Shown in pieces: positions 47,306 through 56,099 of a stretch of DNA of 60,066 nt. The stretch is from assembly GCA_018898455.1 (NCBI GenBank), contig JAHIJO010000166.1, positions 1 through 60,066 on the forward strand, in the 5' to 3' direction. Within the stretch, counting starts at the first letter, position 1. Each line of letters begins with the position of its first letter. The notes below the pieces were generated by a model, which was given only the letters and a program-made list of their open reading frames with translations, had not been told where the DNA came from and did no database searches. The stretch comes from Verrucomicrobiota bacterium (GTDB lineage Bacteria > Verrucomicrobiota > Kiritimatiellia > JAAZAB01). The position numbers and the translations under genes are program-made.

Positions 47306-48625
47306 TTACTTCTTTTTCAGATGCCGTTCCACATCGATCAGTTTTTTCCGGGCGGCCGCATGCCGTTCATCGGATCGGTCGGGGATTTTTTCACAAATCA
47401 GCCGAAGCTGAGCGGCAGATTCCGCCCAGTCCCGGAGCCGGATGGCGCGCTCCGCGAGAAATAACTGGTTGTCATATATATCCTGGAGTTCGCGCTCACT
47501 GTCCCCGCGGAGCGCCACGGCGTCGGTATAGAAATCAGGCTTCGGTTCAATGGTCTCAAGATACCATTCGGCTTCCTTCAGGGACCGGATGGCCAGGGCC
47601 AGATTGTCGTTCTTGACGTTTCGCTGATCATACAGGCTTTGCCCCAGCAGGGCCGCATCGCGCGCCATGGTCAGCAGTTTTTCGGGCGACAGCGCCAACG
47701 CGGTCAGACCCAGTTCGTTCTGGCCGAACTCCTCGATAGCTTCCCGCATCGTTTTGAAGGCATCGGGTTCCAGACTGTTCATGACCTTTACCCGTCGGGC
47801 CTTCCGGCCGATGGTAAGTGTCAGATCCCAGAGGTCCCAGACATCAACGGATAATCCTTTGTATTCATCCTTGAGGTCGAAAAAGGCGGTATTCCTGAGG
47901 CTGTCCGCCAGGCTTTGCACGAGTTCAGGGTCCACTTTCTTCATCTGGTTTCCGGGCACGTGGCGCCGATTTTTTAAATCGTCGATCTGAATGGAGAGCT
48001 CGTTGTTTTTACATGTCATCTGGTAACGAAAGATATTATTGGAATTAGCCTGAACCTTTTCGTACATGATTTCCAAAACCTCGCGCTGTGGTTCCAACAA
48101 CGCCGGATTCGATGCGTCCGGATGCTTGATCAACCGGGGCACCCATATCACGGCTACGGTAGCGGCGATGACTGCCAGCAGGCCCAAAAGCAGGAAGGCA
48201 AATCGCCGGCGGCGGTCGTCTCCCGGATGGCCTGACGGCGGGCGCAGGAATTGAATCTTACCGGGGGCCGGTAGCTGGCCCGCAATGGATTCAAACAGGT
48301 TTTGAACCGGCTGAGCCACGGATTCAACGTTTACCACCTTGATGGTCGTGTCGCCCATTATTAGGCGGTCGCCATTATGCAGGCGCGATTCGTAGAGAGG
48401 TTTGTCATTCAGGAGGGTCTGGTTGGCGCTGCCTAAATCTTCCGCCCACAACCCTTCGCCGGGCTTGAAGAAAAATCGGCAGTGAAAGCGCGACATGGCC
48501 GGATCCATCAGCACGATATCGTTATTGGATGATCGGCCGACGCGGGCGCCCTCGGCAGGAATGGTTAGTCCGCGCCTCTGGTCAGGGCCTTTTTCAACAA
48601 TCAGATGAATGGGTTGCTCGGCCAT
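47306..48625 (-). CDS. FHA-domain membrane protein
   Basis: GR..SRFH..DLGSANQT FHA motif, one TM helix after RRRR, helical C-terminus. Confidence 0.85.
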   Translation of the reverse strand: MAEQPIHLIVEKGPDQRRGLTIPAEGARVGRSSNNDIVLMDPAMSRFHCRFFFKPGEGLWAEDLGSANQTLLNDKPLYESRLHNGDRLIMGDTTIKVVNVESVAQPVQNLFESIAGQLPAPGKIQFLRPPSGHPGDDRRRRFAFLLLGLLAVIAATVAVIWVPRLIKHPDASNPALLEPQREVLEIMYEKVQANSNNIFRYQMTCKNNELSIQIDDLKNRRHVPGNQMKKVDPELVQSLADSLRNTAFFDLKDEYKGLSVDVWDLWDLTLTIGRKARRVKVMNSLEPDAFKTMREAIEEFGQNELGLTALALSPEKLLTMARDAALLGQSLYDQRNVKNDNLALAIRSLKEAEWYLETIEPKPDFYTDAVALRGDSERELQDIYDNQLFLAERAIRLRDWAESAAQLRLICEKIPDRSDERHAAARKKLIDVERHLKKK

Positions 48626-48723
48626 GGAACATCCGGATATCAAGGGCGATTTCTGGTTGGCGTTTATAATAGACCAAAGTGAAGCCGGTAATCAATTAAA
48701 AACAACACCCGGTTATGGCTATT

Positions 48724-50037
48724 TCAGGCGGCGGGAACTGGTTCCGACGGGGGGTGGGGGCGATAGATGCTGATGCCGCGGGATTCCCGAATGAAAAAGA
48801 CGCTTATGGCAGAGATGGCCGCCAGGACCAGGCATAGAAACAGGATTGCACGATAGGCGGACGGCGGATAGACCAGCGCTGAAGAGCTGGATATCGCCTG
48901 GTCGCGGAACAGGTCCATCAGAGCCCCGGCGCCGTTAACGATGACTGCGACCGCCAAGTAACACGCGCTATTGCCGAATCCGACGGAGGTGCCCGCGGCG
49001 CGTTCGGGATTCAGTTCCTTCATGGTGCAGGAGAACATAACCGAAGCCGAGGATGCGATCCCCAGCATCAGGTATCCGGTCAGCATCCAGCGCGGGTGGG
49101 GGTGCGGCGTTAAACTCAAGGTCATCAGCGCAAGGGCGATGAGCGTCAGGATGATCCCGGCGATCATGACTGGTTTTCGGCGATTACCCATTAGGCGTGA
49201 TAGAAAACCGGAGGCGGTGACGAAGATCATGCCGATCAGCATCATGTAGAAGGTTACCGAGGCCGCGCCGGCAGAGGAGAATCCGCACACGTCCGTCAGC
49301 ATTTTTTTGCCGAAGACCGCCTGCCAGATGAAATAAATGGCAAAATTGACGGCGCCCGAAAAAACCACGGGATAAATATGCGGGTTGCCGAGAATGTCCT
49401 TTAAATATAAATCCACCTTGGGTGAAGGTTCGGCGCGCGGGCCGGCGAAGCGTTTCAGCAGGATGGCGGCTGTCAGGAAGATGGCGGCGTATAGGACGCC
49501 GGTGATCAGCAGGGATGGTCTCCAACCCATCCAGGCGACCATGCGTTCAAAAGGGAACGTGGCAAACAGGCCTCCGGAATAGCCGATGAAGAGCACGATA
49601 CACAACATGGGGGCAAAGTGACGGGACTCAAAGAGCGTATCAATTTCCTTCACGATGCTGATGAAAATACTGCTGGCGCCCAGTCCGACCAGGATGCGGC
49701 TGGCGTACAGTTCGGGAAATGAATGAGCGAGGGGAAACCACAGGGCGCCGAGGCTCAGTAACAGGCCGCCGGCCAATAGAACCCGGGCGCCACCCCAGCG
49801 GTCGGCCGCCAAGCCGACGGCAATCTGCAGGCCGCCGTAGATATACAGAAAAAGGGAGCTCAGTGTGGCAATAGCGCCGGCGGAAACTCCAAATTCGCTT
49901 TGCAGTTCGTCAAAAATCGTTCCGGGAATCGCCACGCGCTGGAAGTATGAGAAAAAATAAACAAGACTCATCAGCAGGAGCGCCCACAAGGCCGTACGGC
50001 GGCGCTGAAGAAAGGTCCATAACGAGGTCAATATCAT
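48724..50037 (-). CDS. MFS transporter
   Basis: About 12 hydrophobic segments; GLAADRWGGAR motif A. Confidence 0.9.
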   Translation of the reverse strand: MILTSLWTFLQRRRTALWALLLMSLVYFFSYFQRVAIPGTIFDELQSEFGVSAGAIATLSSLFLYIYGGLQIAVGLAADRWGGARVLLAGGLLLSLGALWFPLAHSFPELYASRILVGLGASSIFISIVKEIDTLFESRHFAPMLCIVLFIGYSGGLFATFPFERMVAWMGWRPSLLITGVLYAAIFLTAAILLKRFAGPRAEPSPKVDLYLKDILGNPHIYPVVFSGAVNFAIYFIWQAVFGKKMLTDVCGFSSAGAASVTFYMMLIGMIFVTASGFLSRLMGNRRKPVMIAGIILTLIALALMTLSLTPHPHPRWMLTGYLMLGIASSASVMFSCTMKELNPERAAGTSVGFGNSACYLAVAVIVNGAGALMDLFRDQAISSSSALVYPPSAYRAILFLCLVLAAISAISVFFIRESRGISIYRPHPPSEPVPAA

Positions 50038-50213
50038 GATCGGTTCCCGATTGCAAAACGTTCGTCCGACCCAAAGGGGGTGGCGGAAAACTTACGGCGG
50101 ACTCCGGGAATTGTCGAGTCGAATCCGCGCATAATTCTTGATCGGGGTCTATGCCGGAGGCCAGGGATTGCTCGTCTTGTCTTGCGGCGATGAAATTAAG
50201 AAAAATATTAATG

Positions 50214-50256
50214 TTGACTCCTGAAATACTATGATGTATTCATAAAACAATGAATA
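50214..50256 (+). promoter_or_regulatory. AT-rich promoter region with TATTCAT-N6-ATGAATA inverted repeat
   Basis: TTGACT at 50214 and TATGAT at 50230; the inverted repeat at 50237-50256 covers the ATG; no SD sequence. Confidence 0.5.
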
Positions 50257-51419
50257 AGAGATTAAAGGCTGAACCGGTCCCGGACTTGAAACTCCGCGTG
50301 GCTGCGCGTATCCGCGAATTGCGCCGTGTGCAGCATCTCTCCCAGGCTGAGCTCGCCAGACGGGTTGGCATTCGGCCCGGGCCGATGAATGTGATCGAAC
50401 AGGCTCGGCATCTCCCCTCCGGCCGTCTGCTCTGTCGGCTGGCGGACGTCCTGGCTGTCAGCACGGACGTTTTGCTGGACCGCGCGCCGCGCGCGGTTGC
50501 GCCTACGGCTCCGGCGTCCTACGGTTACACCCTGGCATCCGCCGCCGGACCACGGGCCGTGCCGGTGATGTTTCCTGACGACCCGAAGCTGAGCCCTTAC
50601 GCCTGTGATAAAGTGAATGCCATAGTGCATGCCTTCTTTGCCCTGGAGGATTTGTGCGGCGTGCCGAAGCGGGCGCACATTCCGCTCTATCTACCCTTCG
50701 CGGCGAACGAAACGGGGTTGGAAGGCTTGGTCGCCCAGGTGCGTCAGGCACTGGGTATAGGGCAGGGGGTGATTTTTGATTACCTGGAGTTGTTGGAAAA
50801 TGCCGGTCTGCGAATTGTCTTTTGTCCGTTGCCTTCCGAGGTGGAGAGCGTGGCGTTTTATGATGAAGCCAACGCCAACGCCCTGATTTTCATCCGTGCG
50901 CGGATGAATGTGGAGCGGCAATTGTTCGAGTTGATCAAGCGGCTGGGGGCGATCTATCTGCACACCCGCCGGCAGTATGGCGGCGTCGCGGCGCCCCGCG
51001 CCGGCCGGGAGGCTTTGGATGATGTGCATGCCGCGCGCAAATTCGCGGCGTTGTTTCTGATGCCCGCCGCGGCGGTGCGCGCCAGCGTGGACCAGCTCGG
51101 AATCGCGCCCGGCGAATGGACTTATGAACTGCTTTTGCGGATCAAGCATCGGTTTGGCGTTTCGGCGCATTCGTTTTTGCTTCGCCTGGAAGAGTTGCAT
51201 CTGATCGCGCCGCCGCTCAAGGCTGACTTTCAGCGGCGGATCGAGGCGTACTATCGGAAGACCGGCTATGGCGAGCCGGACGCCTCGCGCCGGATTCTCA
51301 CGCCCAACGGCCGGCTGGGCGATCTCTGGCAAGTGGCGCGTCAGCGTCGGCCGCGTCCGCCCGAGCTAAAGCAAATCGCCCGTGTGCTTTCCACCGCCGG
51401 CGTTGGGGTGGGGAGATAA
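50250..51419 (+). CDS. XRE HTH + IrrE/ImmA (Peptidase_M78)-like domain lacking HExxH
   Basis: RIRELR..LSQAELARRVG HTH; LLENAGL, ERQLF, FAALFLMP and FGVS..RL scaffold motifs. Confidence 0.82.
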   Translation: MNKRLKAEPVPDLKLRVAARIRELRRVQHLSQAELARRVGIRPGPMNVIEQARHLPSGRLLCRLADVLAVSTDVLLDRAPRAVAPTAPASYGYTLASAAGPRAVPVMFPDDPKLSPYACDKVNAIVHAFFALEDLCGVPKRAHIPLYLPFAANETGLEGLVAQVRQALGIGQGVIFDYLELLENAGLRIVFCPLPSEVESVAFYDEANANALIFIRARMNVERQLFELIKRLGAIYLHTRRQYGGVAAPRAGREALDDVHAARKFAALFLMPAAAVRASVDQLGIAPGEWTYELLLRIKHRFGVSAHSFLLRLEELHLIAPPLKADFQRRIEAYYRKTGYGEPDASRRILTPNGRLGDLWQVARQRRPRPPELKQIARVLSTAGVGVGR

Positions 51420-51565
51420 ATTATTCGAGTATGATATATGATTTGTTGGCAAGAATCGCCAATAGTGCCGGAGGGTAAATACGTGAGCTACAAAGCTTTT
51501 GGGCCTGCTTCAAAAGAGCTGCTGGCGTGCAAGCGCCGACCTTCTCGCAAAAAGGGAACCGTATT

Positions 51566-54175
51566 ATGAGTATGCATTCTTCTGACAGTTTTGAAGTTCT
51601 CTTTGAGGCGTTGACAGGTCACAAGCCGTTTCCCTGGCAACAAGCATTGTTTCGCGAGTTCGTTCAGGAGCGCTATCCGCATTCTCTCGATATCCCGACG
51701 GGACTTGGCAAGACCGGTGTCATCGCGATCTGGCTGATCGCACTGGTGCACGGCCAGGGTAAGTTGCCCCGACGACTGGTATACGTGGTGAATCGCCGCA
51801 CGGTCGTGGATCAAGCGACGGATGAGGCGAAAAAACTGCGAGAGAATGTCGATAAGGCCGGTCTGATTCAACCGTTGCAAGAGCTTTGTGCGCTGCCTTG
51901 CGACAAACCGCTTGCGATAAGCACCTTGCGCGGCCAGTTTGCCGATAACGGAGAGTGGATTGCCGACCCTGCCCGGCCGGCGATCATTATCGGGACAGTA
52001 GACATGGTTGGCAGCCGGCTACTGTTCAGCGGGTACGGCCGGGGTTTCAAAACCAGGCCGCTACACGCCGGCTTCCTTGGGCAGGACACCTTGCTGGTCC
52101 ATGATGAGGCTCACTTGGAACCGGCTTTTCAGAAACTTATCGTCACAATAGAAGCGGAGCAGCAACAGCACCATGAATTCGGACGATTCCATGTGATGGC
52201 TCTGACAGCCACATCGCGTGCCAGCGACGATGGAACGCAATTTGGGCTTACCGATGCCGACCGGAAAAACGGCGAGGTGAAGAAACGCATCAAGGCCAAA
52301 AAGGCGATGCAATTTCATTCCGTTCAGGATGAAAATGAAATCGCTGATAAAGTTGCGGCTATAGCGCTGAAACACAAGGACAGCAACCAGGCGATTCTCG
52401 TCTTCCTCCGCAGATTGAAGGATGTTAAAAGTGTTGCGGGGAAGCTGCCCAAGAAACAAGTTCAAGTGCTCACCGGCACGATGCGCGGGCTTGAGCGTGA
52501 TAAATTGGCGAAGACCGATCCCATCTTTGCTCGCTTCATGCCGCCGGTGCCGGACATGAATGTCATGAAAGGAACCGTCTATCTGGTTTGTACCTCGGCC
52601 GGCGAAGTCGGCGTCAACATCTCGGCCGATCACATGGTCTGCGATCTGACGCCTTTTGATAGTATGGCCCAGCGATTCGGACGCGTGAATCGTTATGGCG
52701 AGGGTGATGCCTTGATCGATGTTGTGTACGAAGCCAAGCCCACCGAGAAGAAGAAGGATGATGGCTTTGACCAGCGGCGGTGGCTCACGCTCAATCTGCT
52801 GCAAAAGCTGAAACGCGACGCCAGTCCGGCGTCGCTGAGCGATTTGCCTGTCGCCGAACAACAGGCCGCTTTCACTCCTTCGCCAGTTATTCTTCCAGCA
52901 ACCGATATTCTCTTCGACGCCTGGGCGTTAACGACCATTCGCGAGAAACTGCCTGCTCGTCCGTTGGTCGCGCCGTACTTGCACGGACTGAGCGAATGGG
53001 AACCACCGGAAACCCATGTCGCGTGGCGCGAAGAGGTTGGTGTCATTACCGGGGAGTTATTGGAACGATACAAGCATGAAGACCTTCTCGATGATTATCC
53101 GCTTAGACCACATGAATTGCTGCGGGACACTACTTTCCGTGTGGTGGAGCGACTCGACGAGTTGGTGAAACGGCTCGGTCAGTCGGATGCGTCGGTAAAC
53201 ATCCCGGCCTGGGTTGTTGACGGCGACGGTACTATTGAGGTCTGTCTATTAGCAAAACTGGTTGAGGGTGACAGGAAAACGGCGATCAAGAAACTGAATG
53301 GAAAAACGGTTCTGCTTCCGCCCGCAGCCGGCGGTTTGGATAACGGTATGCTCTCGTCAGATTCCCTGTTTGCGGACGATGTCGCCGACGAATGGCGCGA
53401 TGAGAAGGGGCGGCAACGCCGCGTTCGCGTGTGGAAGGATAACCCGCAGTTTGACGAGATGACGCGCGGCATGCGACTGATCCGCGAAATAGATACCAAA
53501 CCGGACGCGGACGAAGACGAGGAAGAAAGCGAAGCGCCCGGTCGTCGTTACTGGCTATGGTACGAGTTGCCCAAAGGCGCGGACAACCAGAGTTCCGTGT
53601 CGGCACAAGCGCCGGTGAAGTGGGATGACCATACTAACCAGGTCGAGAACAACGTAATCCGGATCGCCAAAGCCCTCAAGTTGCCACCGGAATTACTGGC
53701 CGCCGTCAAGCTTGCAGCTCAGTTCCACGACCTCGGCAAGAAACGTGAACGTTGGCAGCGAAGCATCGGCAATCTGGCCCCCACGGATTGGTACGCCAAA
53801 TCGGGCAAAGACTGGAAACGGCGCGATCTCGGTAAGTACCGCCATGAGTTCGGCTCGCTGCTGGATGTCCTGCATGGTCGCAACAGCTTGCCGCCGGTCG
53901 AGTTCGCCGCGCTGTCGGACGAGATGAAAGACCTCGTGCTTCATCTCATCGCGGCCCATCACGGATACGCCCGGCCTCACTTCCCGACAGAGGAAATGCT
54001 CGATCCCGAGAGGTCCGCGCAATACGGGGCGGAACAGGCCTGTGAAATCCCGCGCCGCTTCGCCAGGTTGCAACACAAATACGGCCGTTGGGGCTTGGCG
54101 TATCTTGAATCGTTGTTGCGCGCCGCAGATTATGCCGCCAGCGCCAACCCGGACGCAAAGGAGGACCAGCCATGA
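51566..54175 (+). CDS. cas3: Type I-G Cas3 helicase with C-terminal HD nuclease
   Basis: PFPWQ, PTGLGKT, RRTVVDQ, DEAH, QRFGRVNR; C-terminal HDLGK, RHE, HHG and RAAD. Confidence 0.95.
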   Translation: MSMHSSDSFEVLFEALTGHKPFPWQQALFREFVQERYPHSLDIPTGLGKTGVIAIWLIALVHGQGKLPRRLVYVVNRRTVVDQATDEAKKLRENVDKAGLIQPLQELCALPCDKPLAISTLRGQFADNGEWIADPARPAIIIGTVDMVGSRLLFSGYGRGFKTRPLHAGFLGQDTLLVHDEAHLEPAFQKLIVTIEAEQQQHHEFGRFHVMALTATSRASDDGTQFGLTDADRKNGEVKKRIKAKKAMQFHSVQDENEIADKVAAIALKHKDSNQAILVFLRRLKDVKSVAGKLPKKQVQVLTGTMRGLERDKLAKTDPIFARFMPPVPDMNVMKGTVYLVCTSAGEVGVNISADHMVCDLTPFDSMAQRFGRVNRYGEGDALIDVVYEAKPTEKKKDDGFDQRRWLTLNLLQKLKRDASPASLSDLPVAEQQAAFTPSPVILPATDILFDAWALTTIREKLPARPLVAPYLHGLSEWEPPETHVAWREEVGVITGELLERYKHEDLLDDYPLRPHELLRDTTFRVVERLDELVKRLGQSDASVNIPAWVVDGDGTIEVCLLAKLVEGDRKTAIKKLNGKTVLLPPAAGGLDNGMLSSDSLFADDVADEWRDEKGRQRRVRVWKDNPQFDEMTRGMRLIREIDTKPDADEDEEESEAPGRRYWLWYELPKGADNQSSVSAQAPVKWDDHTNQVENNVIRIAKALKLPPELLAAVKLAAQFHDLGKKRERWQRSIGNLAPTDWYAKSGKDWKRRDLGKYRHEFGSLLDVLHGRNSLPPVEFAALSDEMKDLVLHLIAAHHGYARPHFPTEEMLDPERSAQYGAEQACEIPRRFARLQHKYGRWGLAYLESLLRAADYAASANPDAKEDQP

Positions 54176-55017
54176 CCGCACCAGAACCGACACTCCGCGT
54201 GAAAGTAGATCTCACGAATCCCGGCCAGTTCTTTGCCTGCTGCGGCCTGCTGGAATTGGCCCACCGGTTGGACAGAAATGCGCTTGGATGGTTTGACGTG
54301 GGATGCTTCAACCTCACTCGCGCGCCCGCTGATCTCATTTGTCAGTTCCTTGAGTGCAACGCTGAACCTATTGGCCTGACTGACAATGACGGAGAAAGCG
54401 AAGCCGACGACTCCGAGAAGGGCGAGGATAAGACAGTACCGATCCAGCTTGCCGCACCGTTTGACCTTCGCCTCGATTGGTGGAATAGTGACGCGGCACA
54501 GCATGACAAACTCAAGACCTGGTCCGCGGGGCAAAAGGTCACGGATCTTTTGAACGGCAAGACCACCGTAAGGAAGACAAAGAAGGGCGAGACGAGCTAC
54601 TCACCAAGCATGCGCGATCATCTCAAGGAGTCTGTCTCGAAAAACCCGGGCGATTGGCTTCGCGTGGCAGAAGTGATCGAGTCGCCAAAGGCGTTCGGCT
54701 ATGACAGTCGGCTATCTCGGAATAATGCCCTTGACCTTGGATACGTAGGTAATTCCGCCATGGCGTTCTCTCCGGCGGTTGAGGTGCTTTCGTTGGTCGG
54801 ATTGCAGCGGTTTCGCCCGTGGGTTATTGTGACATGGAGCAGAAATCGCTACTGTACTTGGCGCCAACCGCTATCGGTCGACATAGCCGCCGTTGCGGCG
54901 CTCGGTGTGATCCCTCAATTTATTGACAATTGTTTCGAGTTCCCAATCAAACCGCGTGATGCCCAAGGCCGTTACAAGCTCTTCGGCCACGCACAACCAG
55001 TAAGGAGGAGTCCATGA
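54172..55017 (+). CDS. csb3: Type I-G short large-subunit Csb3/Cas8u2-like protein
   Basis: NPGQFFACCGLLELA start, LDWW, KTWSAGQ and GLQRFRP; located between cas3 and cas7. Confidence 0.75.
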   Translation: MTAPEPTLRVKVDLTNPGQFFACCGLLELAHRLDRNALGWFDVGCFNLTRAPADLICQFLECNAEPIGLTDNDGESEADDSEKGEDKTVPIQLAAPFDLRLDWWNSDAAQHDKLKTWSAGQKVTDLLNGKTTVRKTKKGETSYSPSMRDHLKESVSKNPGDWLRVAEVIESPKAFGYDSRLSRNNALDLGYVGNSAMAFSPAVEVLSLVGLQRFRPWVIVTWSRNRYCTWRQPLSVDIAAVAALGVIPQFIDNCFEFPIKPRDAQGRYKLFGHAQPVRRSP

Positions 55018-56099
55018 GTGAAGTGTTGAATAAGTACGACGACCTGTTGAAGGAAACTGGCCCGGCGGCCATTGTGCTCAAGCAGTGGCTAAAGCCCGTC
55101 GGGAGCGAAGTGCTCTTCCCCCCGACTTACGCAAATCCGTCACAGAAAAGGGGCGATCCGCCAGTATATAACACTGATCGATTTGAGGACGCCAAGCGTT
55201 CAGTGTGCGTCATCGACAGCATTCCTTCGCAAGCTAATCGTATCGAGCCGGCCTTTGGGCGACTGACCGACAAGGACGGCAAGTCGATCAAGCTTGTTCC
55301 CCACATCACTATCAAGGCGAAGGTCGGTGATGAAGATCGGCAGGTGGACCTTCTCGAAGCTGGCCATCGCGCGGCTGACGCGGTTGTGCAACTATCCTCG
55401 TTGCGGGATGAACTTGCGAAGGCGATCAAGGCGCGAAAGGGAGGCGATTCCGAACCGCTTGCCAAACTTGCGCCGACCTCTCTGGTGTTCGGTATGTGGG
55501 ACTCTCGCGAGAGCGGCGTGAAAATACCGCGTCTGATCAACTCCATCATCCGCGCCTACGACATACTCGAACACCGCCGCTCGTCACAATTCAATCCTGC
55601 CTTGGATTACGAAGCGGCAGGTGTTGCGCCAGGCAAGGGCGATAAAAGGCTGTCTGAAGTCGGCATGGACGGCGCACCAGCGACATTTCAGCACGGTGGA
55701 ATCGAGGCACGCGGCGGAATCCGTCGCGACGCATCACTCAACCTCTGCACGTTGCGCGATATCGTCAGCAAGGACAAGGCAAAGACCCTTGCCCTGCAAC
55801 GGTACATTTTGGGGCTTTCGCTTGTGGCGATGACCTACTTCGACGGTAAGACGCTCAATCTCCGTCAAGGATGTCAACTTGTGGCTGTGCCGGACAAGCC
55901 AATGACGCGCGTTCGTGTTAACGCGGACGGCACCGAGACATCGTTCGATATCGGTCGCGACACAGCCCTTGACTATGCTGCAACGGTCGCAAAGGTGTTC
56001 GTGGTCGGGGATGACCGCACGGATGTTACGTTTGATGTCAAGGCCGCCAAAGCAGTGCTCAAGAAGAGCAAGAAGGACGAAGAGGGGCCGAGCAAATGA
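55014..56099 (+). CDS. csb1: Type I-G Cas7 (Csb1)
   Basis: FPPTY, IDSIPSQANRIE, HRAAD, LVFGMWDSR and LRQGC motifs. Confidence 0.92.
   Translation: MSEVLNKYDDLLKETGPAAIVLKQWLKPVGSEVLFPPTYANPSQKRGDPPVYNTDRFEDAKRSVCVIDSIPSQANRIEPAFGRLTDKDGKSIKLVPHITIKAKVGDEDRQVDLLEAGHRAADAVVQLSSLRDELAKAIKARKGGDSEPLAKLAPTSLVFGMWDSRESGVKIPRLINSIIRAYDILEHRRSSQFNPALDYEAAGVAPGKGDKRLSEVGMDGAPATFQHGGIEARGGIRRDASLNLCTLRDIVSKDKAKTLALQRYILGLSLVAMTYFDGKTLNLRQGCQLVAVPDKPMTRVRVNADGTETSFDIGRDTALDYAATVAKVFVVGDDRTDVTFDVKAAKAVLKKSKKDEEGPSK

Noticed and set aside
48177-48191. 15-nt match (AGCAGGCCCAAAAGC) to the putative pseudo-repeat/spacer junction upstream of cas3
   Set aside because: It lies inside a coding region and is flanked by AGC (repeat-like) rather than a PAM; likely chance.
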